In this document: one piece after another, positions 19,695-28,693 of the stretch
How the letters are laid out: each line of letters begins with the position of its first letter
How positions within the stretch are numbered: position 1 is the stretch's first letter
Assembly: GCA_021399345.1 (NCBI GenBank)
Contig: JAAFKI010000073.1
Location: forward strand, 1 to 41,285
Source: Candidatus Heimdallarchaeota archaeon
GTDB lineage: Archaea; Asgardarchaeota; Heimdallarchaeia; Heimdallarchaeales; Heimdallarchaeaceae
Direction: 5' to 3'
Length of the DNA: 41,285 nt
Position numbers and translations under genes: made by a program
Notes under the pieces: generated by a model
The model's input: the letters and a program-made list of their open reading frames with translations, nothing else
Told to the model about the DNA's origin: nothing
Database searches by the model: none

Positions 19695-20615
19695 ATGTCA
19701 TCAAAGAGAAAAACCATTCTTATTACTGGTGGGTTAGGACAAATTGGCTATTACCTTTATGAGGAATTGAAGAGTCAATATAATCTCTGTATATTAGATA
19801 ATAAATCATCATCCAAATTTGAACCTCCCGAAGATGTTATTTTCATTGAAGGTGATATCATAGATGGTGAGGTTTTTTCAAAACTTCCTGAGATTGATTT
19901 TGTAATTCACCTAGCCGCACAGATCAGTATTGAGAAATCTACTCAATCTCCACTTTTTGATGCAAAAATTAATGTAATGGGGACTTTAAATGTTTTAGAC
20001 TATGCTTTAAAGCAGAATGTTCAGAAATTCGTTTATATCAGCTCTGCGGCAATCTTTGGGCACCCAGAATTCCTTCCAATTACTGAAGACCATCCTAGAA
20101 ATCCTCTTTCTCCATATGGTCTGAGCAAGTCAGTTGCAGAGAAATATGTTAAGCTTTTTTCGGAACTATACAACCTGAATACTGCTATAGTTATTCCTTT
20201 CAATTTGTACAGTCCAATTCAAGCTGAAGATGATCCATATGCTGGTGTAATTTACAAATTTATTAAACAAGTGAAAAATGGGAAACCACCCGTTATTCAA
20301 GGAAAAGGGGACCAATCAAGAGATTTTGTGCATGTTAAAGATGCAGCAAAAGCCATCAAACTAGTTCTTGAAGATGTCAAAGGAGATGTTACTGTGTTTA
20401 ATATTGGCTCAGGTAAATCAACTACAATAAATGATTTGGCTAAAGTAATTATTGAAATCAGTGGAAAAGATTTAATCCCTCAATACACAGAAGCAAGATT
20501 GGGGGATATTGACCATAGTTACTCCTCAATTGACCGTGCAAAGAGAGAACTGAACTATAATCCAGTTATTTCTTTAAAAGAAGGTTTAGAAGAACTCTAT
20601 TTAAAGTTGCAATAA
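19695..20615 (+). CDS. NAD-dependent epimerase/dehydratase (GalE-like extended SDR)
   Basis: ITGGLGQIG, HLAA, SSAA, YGLSK, RDFVHV. Start moved to MSSKRK. Confidence 0.9.
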   Translation: MSSKRKTILITGGLGQIGYYLYEELKSQYNLCILDNKSSSKFEPPEDVIFIEGDIIDGEVFSKLPEIDFVIHLAAQISIEKSTQSPLFDAKINVMGTLNVLDYALKQNVQKFVYISSAAIFGHPEFLPITEDHPRNPLSPYGLSKSVAEKYVKLFSELYNLNTAIVIPFNLYSPIQAEDDPYAGVIYKFIKQVKNGKPPVIQGKGDQSRDFVHVKDAAKAIKLVLEDVKGDVTVFNIGSGKSTTINDLAKVIIEISGKDLIPQYTEARLGDIDHSYSSIDRAKRELNYNPVISLKEGLEELYLKLQ

Positions 20616-20665
20616 TTTTCTTTTATTACAAAAAGTAAAAATATGACTGATTCTTAGTAACACTG

Positions 20666-22471
20666 ATGCCAGATTTTGTTATCGATACAAATTTCTATAT
20701 TAGTGGGTTTCAAACTTTACCTAATACATTTTCCAAATTTGTTAAAGCTTCCAAAGCTCTCAAATTTGAAATTCATATGACATCCTATATTAAGAATGAA
20801 ATGAGGTTTTTTCTTCAAAGGGAAATTACACCCCATGTAAATTTAGTAGATGTAAATCATTCGGAATTTCAAGAGTTCCTTCGCAAAGTGCATAAACATA
20901 CAACAAATCTTCCACAAAAACCAGATTTGTCTGTTATTTACTTAGCTGATAAATTAGGTGCAACCATTGTGAGTAGTGATCTAAAGCTTCTTGAAACAGC
21001 TGAATTGATTGAAATTCCAACACTTACAAACAGCGCATTCACCAAATTTATTATTGAAGAGAACAAAGATCCTACTTTGAATTCATTCCTTAAAGAACTG
21101 GAAAATAAGTTGATGACAGCTGAAATTCGATATTCAATTGAAAGTACAAATAGATATGATCCAGTAAAACGAATCAGAAAGATAATTGATTCTGCTATAT
21201 CTGTAATTCGAACTGAATATGAAGAAAAAATGACTCAGTTATCTCAAAGTGATTTACCTGAAACAGATTGCTTTTCAATTGAATCCTTACAATTAAAGGA
21301 ACTTCTTACTGAAGTTCAAAGTGATTTACAACGCTTAGAAGATGATTTTAACTCAGGTAAATATATGGAATTAGAAGCAGAATTATTAGCTAGAATTCGA
21401 GAAATAACTGACTACTTAGTGGATTGGAAACTTGCTGTTGATAAAATAGAAGATCACATAATCTACAATGAATCTCTTCAACTTCTAGGTCGATTACATT
21501 ATTTATCCTGCATTAGTTTAGTTGAAAATAAGAAAGTTGATCTTGCTAGAGTCTACATGGATAAATTGATTATGATATTATTACAAAACTCAGAAGCAAA
21601 CGAAAAATATGGCATTGATGTTCATTTCTTACGGATGATTATTCTACTTTTATCAGGACAATTTCAGAGATTGAATTCCTATTTCACTCCAGCTTTTGAG
21701 GATGAATGTAACGAATATCAGAGAGCTGATGTTGTCAATGTTATAAGGGCACTAATCTTGCTAACTGTTATTCTAGGAGGGGAGAAGGCGGTAGAAACAG
21801 CGAAAGATTATGATTATGATAATATTGAATTCATCAATCAACTTGGGTTTAAATTCATGCAGTTAGAAGATTTGCAGAAAGCTGCATTAATGTTTGAGCA
21901 AACTTTTTACCTTTCTTTTAATTCCAAGAATAGAGGATTATGTATAGCTAGTTTAGAATATTTAGGTTGGTTATATTTCTCTGGATTTTATCCTGCTAAA
22001 TCGGTCATTAAAAATCTTTATGAAATTCTGGTTAAGAAATTTCCAGAGATTAAATCTAGTTATCAGGTCAGCTTACAGGTTACTAGTAAACCCAAAGATT
22101 TAGAGAACTTCACTTCGTCTTCATATCAACCTCTTTCTGCACTAGCAATTGATCTTAAATCTCCTCTTTATTGTGTAGGAATCTCTTACATGAAAGAGAA
22201 AAACAAAATCAAGCCGTTAATTAAAGTGATGAACTGGGGAATGATGGCTAGAATTGGCATTATAGATGAGAATCAAGAATTAATTCGCAATTCTACTCTT
22301 GGTAATACTATTCATCTTATTGATGGCAAATTCAAAATTGTACCTGCTTCAGCTCATTTTAGAAAACAACATGATGTAGAGTTGATTTTGCATATAGATC
22401 ATGTTTCACAGCCAACAATTTTGTGTAGATCTCCTGGAGGCTGGGAGTTAACAACTATTACTGATGAGTGA
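20666..22471 (+). CDS. PIN-domain protein with a long helical/TPR-like C-terminal extension
   Basis: FVIDTN...NEM...PDLSVIYLA...IVSSD carries the four PIN acidic positions. The remaining ~470 aa are unassigned. Confidence 0.7.
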   Translation: MPDFVIDTNFYISGFQTLPNTFSKFVKASKALKFEIHMTSYIKNEMRFFLQREITPHVNLVDVNHSEFQEFLRKVHKHTTNLPQKPDLSVIYLADKLGATIVSSDLKLLETAELIEIPTLTNSAFTKFIIEENKDPTLNSFLKELENKLMTAEIRYSIESTNRYDPVKRIRKIIDSAISVIRTEYEEKMTQLSQSDLPETDCFSIESLQLKELLTEVQSDLQRLEDDFNSGKYMELEAELLARIREITDYLVDWKLAVDKIEDHIIYNESLQLLGRLHYLSCISLVENKKVDLARVYMDKLIMILLQNSEANEKYGIDVHFLRMIILLLSGQFQRLNSYFTPAFEDECNEYQRADVVNVIRALILLTVILGGEKAVETAKDYDYDNIEFINQLGFKFMQLEDLQKAALMFEQTFYLSFNSKNRGLCIASLEYLGWLYFSGFYPAKSVIKNLYEILVKKFPEIKSSYQVSLQVTSKPKDLENFTSSSYQPLSALAIDLKSPLYCVGISYMKEKNKIKPLIKVMNWGMMARIGIIDENQELIRNSTLGNTIHLIDGKFKIVPASAHFRKQHDVELILHIDHVSQPTILCRSPGGWELTTITDE

Positions 22472-22524
22472 ATTGGTAATAATACTTCCGAAATTCTTTT
22501 TATAGTTAATGCAGAAGAGAACTT

Positions 22525-23244
22525 ATGGAAGTAGTTGAAACAGGGATAATTGGATTAGATGGAATTCTTGGAGGAGGACTACCTAAAGGTAGAACAATTC
22601 TAGTTTCAGGACCTGCTGGAGCCGGAAAATCCACATTTGGAATGCAATTTCTTTATCATGGTATCGTATCTGGTGGAGAAAGTGGAATTTTTGTTTCATT
22701 CGATGAACATCCCGAGCATGTACGAGAAGAAACTTTGAATTTTGGTTGGAACCTAAATGATATTGAAAAGGATAATTTACTTGTAATTATTGATGGTTTT
22801 AGCCCCAGAGCTGGTGTCAGTTCTGAAGAGAAATATCAAACCCCTGTAGATGTTGACGAACTTATAACACAATTAGTAGAAATAATTGATAAGACTTCAG
22901 CTGAAAGAGTTGTCATTGACAGTATAACAGCTTTAGCTTTATCTATGTCATCTGAACAGCAAATCAGGAAACAAATTCTCAAACTCAGTGCAGTTATGTC
23001 TTCTTTAGAGTGTACAACCATCTTAACAAGTGAAATGAGGGGTGGTGTAGTAAGTAGATTTGGTGTTGAAGAATTCATGAGTCAAGGAGTTATAGTCTTG
23101 AACTATGAATATAGAAATAATGTTGCCATACGCAGTATGAATATCCGCAAAATGCGTGGTTTGAAGCATGAAATGTCTGAAAGGCCATTTTCCATAACTC
23201 CAAATGGTATAGAAGTTTATGCAAGTGAGCAATTTTACTTTTAG
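22525..23244 (+). CDS. Single-domain KaiC/RAD55-like RecA-superfamily ATPase
   Basis: TGIIGLDGILGGGLP, GPAGAGKS, VVIDS, TSE, IRKMRG. Confidence 0.92.
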   Translation: MEVVETGIIGLDGILGGGLPKGRTILVSGPAGAGKSTFGMQFLYHGIVSGGESGIFVSFDEHPEHVREETLNFGWNLNDIEKDNLLVIIDGFSPRAGVSSEEKYQTPVDVDELITQLVEIIDKTSAERVVIDSITALALSMSSEQQIRKQILKLSAVMSSLECTTILTSEMRGGVVSRFGVEEFMSQGVIVLNYEYRNNVAIRSMNIRKMRGLKHEMSERPFSITPNGIEVYASEQFYF

Positions 23245-23312
23245 CCTTATTGTAAAATCTGACTCATAGTAAGGTTTAAAATAAGCTGTAAGATGCACCA
23301 GATAGTGATTAA

Positions 23313-23531
23313 ATGGGTAATATTCGAACAAGCCAAGTAAAACGGTTATCCAAACAAATTGTAAGAGATTTTCATGACCAACTCAATACAGAGTTTGAAA
23401 ACAACAAACATGTCGTTGAAGAAGTTTGTTCCACAATGTCTAAGAAAATGCGAAACCTAATAGCTGGGTATGTTACACGCATTATGAGACAATTCAAAGA
23501 TCAAAAAATACAAGTTTTAGAAGAACTCTAA
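23313..23531 (+). CDS. rps17e: 30S ribosomal protein S17e
   Basis: MGNIRT..VKR, FENNK, SKKMRNLIAGYVT. Confidence 0.95.
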   Translation: MGNIRTSQVKRLSKQIVRDFHDQLNTEFENNKHVVEEVCSTMSKKMRNLIAGYVTRIMRQFKDQKIQVLEEL

Positions 23532-23576
23532 GTTCTTTAATAAATTCTTTTTATCTTTTATTTCTTAAGAAGTCCA

Positions 23577-25361
23577 ATGATTCAAGAAAATATATATACT
23601 AACAGAAAGAGACACTCTTCAATGAAGAGATTACCCTTATATTCAAAGCTTGTTGCATTATTTTTGAATTTATTTTGTTTAGTAACAGGGATTATTTATT
23701 TTGCTTATCCAAATAATTCGCATTTTTGGAATTTTGTAGGAATCGTCTACATTTTAACTATTCTTTATGACAGCTCCATAGTTCTTTATATGGGCAAGAA
23801 AGTTAATCCTGAAATAAATCTAGTAAAAAGATTTAGAGTAGCTTCTTATGGATACTATTGCTTTGTAGCTGTTGCCTATCTCCTCATTTTCTTTGTTAAC
23901 TTTATTGGATATGGACCTAATCCTAGTGCAAATGTTGCATTTGGAATCATTGTTATTGGTAGCTATTTTGGGACTTTAATTTATCCTTCAATTTTAATTA
24001 CATTCTTCCTTCTTAAGTTGAATAAAGAAACGTTAGATTATTCAGAGAAGATTACTTCAGAAAAAAAATCGTTGAAGAATGTAGTTTTACTTATTCTTAG
24101 AACAATTATAGTACTAATCAGTATAATTTCTCTCTCTTTAGGAGTTTTGATAGTTATAACAATAATTAATCCAAACTTGTTAAGGTTTTTCGGTTTCGGA
24201 TTAGGTGTTTTTGCTGCTCAAACAAGTCTTTTTTTTGGTCTAGGATGTGTAATTTCAACATTTCTAATATTATATACAGTCAAAAGGTTTACAAAATTTT
24301 TTAAAACTAAACTGGTATCTATTTCAGTTTTAGGATTTACAGTAGCTATATTGTGCCTTATTCCATTATTTTCAACTCCATCATTCAGTGCAGCTGCTTG
24401 TAATGATTTTTCAGAAGCATATAATCCATATTTTGGAGGAAGTTGGGAAACTACAATCGATTCATCTGGTTTCAAGGATTTCTTCTTGAAAAATCCATTT
24501 CAATTGACTGGGTATTTTCTAGGTAGTGGAAATCCTTCTTGTGTCATTATTTCGGATATATTGTATTTTGATGGAAGTACTAGTAATTATTCTGTAGATC
24601 AGAATATTCAACTCTTCTTTGATGCATATTTGCCACCTAACGGTGGCGTTGGATTGCCTGGTGAAAATTCAACGATTATTAGAATACACGGTGGAGGTTG
24701 GGTTCTTGGTGATAAGAATTTAATGAACATAAGAATGATGAATAGATATCTAGCTGCTCAAGGATATTGTGTTTTCGACATTCAGTATGGATTAAATAAC
24801 GTGTCTAATCTAATGGGAGGATTTTCAGTAGGTCCTGAATATGTTTTTGGTAATTTTACACTGGATGATATGGTACGGCATATTGGTAATTTCACTCTGT
24901 TCTTAGAAACTCATTCTTCTGAATATGGGTCTAATCTTGATTCAGTCTTCATTTCAGGAGGTTCAGCGGGAGGCCAACTTACCTGTGCTGTGGCTTTAAG
25001 CTTAGATTCTGGGAATTATACAAGTACTTTTTCCAATGCAATGACAATAAAAGGACTGATTCCCTATTATCCAGCAAACAATATCACAGCAGATTTTGCT
25101 ATTGGTAGTAAAGCAGAATGGGTTGATCCAAATCTATTAGTAGTATCTGACTCCCCTCCAAGTTTAATATTCCAAGGAGCTAAAGATAACTTAATCAGAG
25201 AATCTTTAAGATTTCAGAAAACATATAGTGATTTGGGGAGAAGCGATTGTGCAGTATTAATATTTCCATTCGCTGGTCATGCAAATGATCTTTACTTCTC
25301 AGGGTACTATAATCAAGTGTTTCTCTACTATATGGAGCGATTTTTGTATCTTTACCATTAA
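23577..25361 (+). CDS. Membrane-bound alpha/beta hydrolase (HSL-like esterase/lipase) with an N-terminal multi-TM domain
   Basis: About 7 TM helices, then HGGGW, GGSAGG (nucleophile), QGAKD and AGH. The start could be the later Met at 23622. Confidence 0.85.
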   Translation: MIQENIYTNRKRHSSMKRLPLYSKLVALFLNLFCLVTGIIYFAYPNNSHFWNFVGIVYILTILYDSSIVLYMGKKVNPEINLVKRFRVASYGYYCFVAVAYLLIFFVNFIGYGPNPSANVAFGIIVIGSYFGTLIYPSILITFFLLKLNKETLDYSEKITSEKKSLKNVVLLILRTIIVLISIISLSLGVLIVITIINPNLLRFFGFGLGVFAAQTSLFFGLGCVISTFLILYTVKRFTKFFKTKLVSISVLGFTVAILCLIPLFSTPSFSAAACNDFSEAYNPYFGGSWETTIDSSGFKDFFLKNPFQLTGYFLGSGNPSCVIISDILYFDGSTSNYSVDQNIQLFFDAYLPPNGGVGLPGENSTIIRIHGGGWVLGDKNLMNIRMMNRYLAAQGYCVFDIQYGLNNVSNLMGGFSVGPEYVFGNFTLDDMVRHIGNFTLFLETHSSEYGSNLDSVFISGGSAGGQLTCAVALSLDSGNYTSTFSNAMTIKGLIPYYPANNITADFAIGSKAEWVDPNLLVVSDSPPSLIFQGAKDNLIRESLRFQKTYSDLGRSDCAVLIFPFAGHANDLYFSGYYNQVFLYYMERFLYLYH

Positions 25362-25450
25362 CCTCTATTTCTATTATTTTTTAATTCAAACAACATCAAA
25401 CACTATAGATTTGGGAAAAAGATATTAACTTAGTAGCTGAAAAGCTTATC

Positions 25451-26698
25451 ATGCCATTTAGTTCTCGAATACCGAATTTTCACAATCTCTCATTAGAAGA
25501 AAAACGAAATAAGATTGTAGATTTATGCAATTTATCTAATGAAGAAATAACTCTTCTTAAAGGACAAGGTATCAGAGATGAAACTCTTAGTTATATGATT
25601 GAAAATGTGATTGGTAGAGTTGTTCTGCCATTAGGTGTTGCAACCAATTTCACTGTCAATGGAAGAGATCATCTTGTCCCAATGGCTGTGGAAGAGTCTT
25701 CTATCGTAGCAGCTGCAAGTCACGCAGCAAAAATAGCTAGAAAGAAAGGTGGATTTGAAGCAGAATATACAGGTTCGATAGCTATTGGACAAATCCAGAT
25801 TTTAGGTATAGAAGATTTCAAAGCAGCTTCTTCAAACATTCTTATGAATAAAGATAATTTGCTGAAACTTGCTAATTCAACAAACGAGAAATTAGTAGAT
25901 TTAGGAGGGGGAGCTAAAGATATTGAGATTCGAGAAGTAAATGGAAAGATTGAGAAATACCTAGTCGTTCACTTGATTGTAGATGTAAAAGATGCTATGG
26001 GAGCAAATGCAGTTAATACAATGTTAGAGAAAATCAAATCAGAGATAGAGAACATTACTTCTGGCAAAGTTTTACTTAAAATAATCTCCAATTATGCAGT
26101 TCGAAGATTGGTTAAAGTCAAAGCTGTTTTTGATAAGGAAGATTTGGGTGGAGAAGATATTGTTGATAAAATTCTTTTAGCGCATGATTTTGCAGAACAT
26201 GATATCTACAGATGTACGACTCATAATAAGGGGATTATGAATGGAATAACAGCTGTTCTGCTTGCTACAGGTAACGATTCAAGAGCTGTAGAAGCAGGAG
26301 CTCATGCCTTTGCAGTAAAAGAAGGAAGATACAGATCATTATCTAGATTTGAGAAGAATAAAGATGGTGATTTAGTAGGTTATCTTGAAGTACCAGCTTT
26401 TGTAGGAATCCTTGGGGGTGCAATGAATGTTAATCCAATTTACAAACTTTCTTTCAAAATAATGGGTATTAGTAGTGCGAAGGAATTTGCAGAAGTATTA
26501 GGCGCAGTTGGTTTAGCTCAAAATCTGGCAGCACTTAGGGTGCTGTGTTCAGAAGGAATTCAAAAAGGTCATATGAACTTGCATGCAAGAAATATAGCAA
26601 TTACTGCTGGAGCAAAAGGTGAAAATATTGAAAGAATTGCTCAACAAATGATGAAAGAAGAAAAAATCTCTTTTGACAGAGCAAAAGAACTACTTTAG
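25451..26698 (+). CDS. mvaA: HMG-CoA reductase, class II
   Basis: ENVIG, PMAVEESSIVAA, DAMGAN, THNKGIMNG, GNDSRA, GIQKGHM. Confidence 0.95.
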   Translation: MPFSSRIPNFHNLSLEEKRNKIVDLCNLSNEEITLLKGQGIRDETLSYMIENVIGRVVLPLGVATNFTVNGRDHLVPMAVEESSIVAAASHAAKIARKKGGFEAEYTGSIAIGQIQILGIEDFKAASSNILMNKDNLLKLANSTNEKLVDLGGGAKDIEIREVNGKIEKYLVVHLIVDVKDAMGANAVNTMLEKIKSEIENITSGKVLLKIISNYAVRRLVKVKAVFDKEDLGGEDIVDKILLAHDFAEHDIYRCTTHNKGIMNGITAVLLATGNDSRAVEAGAHAFAVKEGRYRSLSRFEKNKDGDLVGYLEVPAFVGILGGAMNVNPIYKLSFKIMGISSAKEFAEVLGAVGLAQNLAALRVLCSEGIQKGHMNLHARNIAITAGAKGENIERIAQQMMKEEKISFDRAKELL

Positions 26699-26754
26699 AT
26701 GTTAAACTAGAGAAAATATGAAAAACTTTTATTCTAATCTGCTTATTGAGAATT

Positions 26755-27588
26755 ATGGATAAAGAAAAAACTAAGATAGAAGCAGATAAACCTGTCTTCG
26801 AAGAGGGAAAACAATATCATATTGAATGCAAACCTGGAGATTTGAAGGGACCTGTAATTCTTCCTGGAGACCCTGAAAGAGCGAGAAGAATAGCTGAAAC
26901 ATGGGAAGAGTTTAAGGAAATTGCAGCTCATAGGCAATACTTTTCCTATACTGGGAAGACTCATGGAGTTCCGATTAGCGTTACTTCTACAGGTATTGGT
27001 ACCCCTGCTTGTGAAATAGCCATTACTGAATTGCTCAATATTGGTTGTGATACCTTCATAAGAGTAGGTTCTACAGGTGCTATTCAACCAGGATTAGAAT
27101 TGGGAGATCTAATAATTAACACAGCTGCAGTCAAGATGGAGGGGTCTAGCAAATATTATGTGCCAGCAGATTACCCAGCTTCAGCTCACTATGAAGTTGT
27201 TCTAGCGCTTATAGAAGCATGTGAAGTTTTAGGATTTACTTATCATTTAGGAGTAGCAGCATCTTCTTCTAGTTTCTATCTAGGACAAGGGAGACCAGGA
27301 TTCAAGGATTATAAAATATCTAAAACAGATAAGATTGTTCCAGACCTCCAGAGGATGGGTGTAATGAATCTCGAAATGGAAGCGTCACATATATTTACAT
27401 TAGGTCAAATCTATGGAGCTAGAACTGGGGCAATTTGTGCTGTGTATGCAAACCGAGTTACTAATGAATTTGGAACAAAAGGAGAAAAAGAAGCAATAAC
27501 AGCTGCAAATTATGCTGTCAAAGTTCTAGCAGAAATGGATGAGGAAAAAAGAAACAAAGGGACAAAGCATTGGTACAGAATGAAATAA
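26755..27588 (+). CDS. udp: Uridine/nucleoside phosphorylase (PNP-UDP family)
   Basis: QYHI, LPGDPER, STGIG, IRVGSTG, FYLGQGR, EMEAS. Confidence 0.88.
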   Translation: MDKEKTKIEADKPVFEEGKQYHIECKPGDLKGPVILPGDPERARRIAETWEEFKEIAAHRQYFSYTGKTHGVPISVTSTGIGTPACEIAITELLNIGCDTFIRVGSTGAIQPGLELGDLIINTAAVKMEGSSKYYVPADYPASAHYEVVLALIEACEVLGFTYHLGVAASSSSFYLGQGRPGFKDYKISKTDKIVPDLQRMGVMNLEMEASHIFTLGQIYGARTGAICAVYANRVTNEFGTKGEKEAITAANYAVKVLAEMDEEKRNKGTKHWYRMK

Positions 27589-27638
27589 ATGAAATTTGAT
27601 AAGAGCTTTTTAATTAACTAACTGTCTAATTAATTTTT

Positions 27639-27700
27639 GAGGGAGGGAGGGTGAATCCCTGCAAAATGAGTGTAGGGATTCACCAAGATACCTTCCTTTT
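27639..27700. other. Strong intergenic hairpin between convergent genes (terminator or structured RNA)
   Basis: GGTGAATCCCTGCA (27650-27663) pairs with TGTAGGGATTCACC (27671-27684), with one G-U and a 7-nt loop. The flanking GAGGGAGG and CCTTCCTT can extend the stem. Confidence 0.6.
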
Positions 27701-27780
27701 AAACCTTATAAACTCTTCGCAAAAGGCGATAAGAACCACTAAAACCTTATTCTTTTGGAGTATTAGGACTTGTTTGCATC

Positions 27781-28524
27781 TTACATTTTAGCAATGCCAG
27801 GGAAGTAATAATCTCCCGATTCTTCTTCCAGTATTGCTAAATCCATCTTCATCATCAACGTCATCGTGCTTTGAGCTCTTTCCATTGACCATCCTAAATG
27901 ACTTGCAACTTTGTCAACCGATAATGATGGTAATCCTGTAGCTAGCATTAATATCTCTTGTATATCATTTGACATTTCGATTGGTTTGAATCTTATCAAA
28001 ACCTCTTCTTCTCCAAGATCTACTTTTGGTGGAATTACTTCTTTTTCTTCTAGTTTGCGTATTACTTCTAGAATCTCTCCTGTTCCTACTTTCCAGTTTG
28101 GTCTTGTTTCCCTGAAATAATCTATGAGGTTTACAACTGTTATTGCGCTACCAATATCCTCTAGTTCTTCAGTTCCTATAACCATTATTTCTTGAACAAG
28201 TTTTTGTTTGAATTCATCTTTACCAAACAACATTGGAGTTTTTACTTTACCTGCAGTTCCTATTGTTTCTGCCATTCCTGCTCTTTTACGAAGCTCAAGT
28301 ACCTTTCCAACTAGCATTTTAGAAGCTATAAGATCTTTTTCAGATTTCTTTTCAATCCTCTCTATTCCTTCTTCAAAGACTTCTTTCCTTCTGTCTTCAT
28401 CTTGCCTTTGAGTATCTTTCAGCCCTGCATCAAATGATTTGTAGGCATCAGAAATATCTGAACGAATGTCCTTTTTTTCTTCTTTTTGCTTCTTTTGTTT
28501 ACCATTTCTCTTATCAGGTACCAT
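27781..28524 (-). CDS. ESCRT-II Vps22/Vps36-like protein (EAP30 domain, tandem winged helix)
   Basis: EFKQKLVQEI...GSAITVVNL...EILEVIRKL...KPIEMSNDIQEILMLA...VASHLGWSMERA...YYFPG follows the Vps22/SNF8 pattern (P.EL..D...VL, LGW...RA, YWFP). The start is probably MVPDK at 28524. Confidence 0.85.
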   Translation of the reverse strand: MVPDKRNGKQKKQKEEKKDIRSDISDAYKSFDAGLKDTQRQDEDRRKEVFEEGIERIEKKSEKDLIASKMLVGKVLELRKRAGMAETIGTAGKVKTPMLFGKDEFKQKLVQEIMVIGTEELEDIGSAITVVNLIDYFRETRPNWKVGTGEILEVIRKLEEKEVIPPKVDLGEEEVLIRFKPIEMSNDIQEILMLATGLPSLSVDKVASHLGWSMERAQSTMTLMMKMDLAILEEESGDYYFPGIAKM

Positions 28525-28693
28525 TATTATCAAGATGAATCTAGCCATCCTTATATAAAAAAATATTCAATTAAGTACATCAAAACATTTTTAGTTATTA
28601 TGAAGTTACGGCATAATTGAAGAAGAGAATAATGAAATAACCTTTGGGGTAAATTACTTTATTTTTAGTACTCAAAATTACAGGGCGTAAATA

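Noticed and set aside
22525-23244. Circadian KaiC clock
   Set aside because: It has a single ATPase domain with no KaiA or KaiB nearby; such ATPases are common in archaea.
27650-27684. SECIS element or tRNA fragment
   Set aside because: Neither flanking gene has an in-frame TGA needing read-through, and there is no cloverleaf or T-loop motif.
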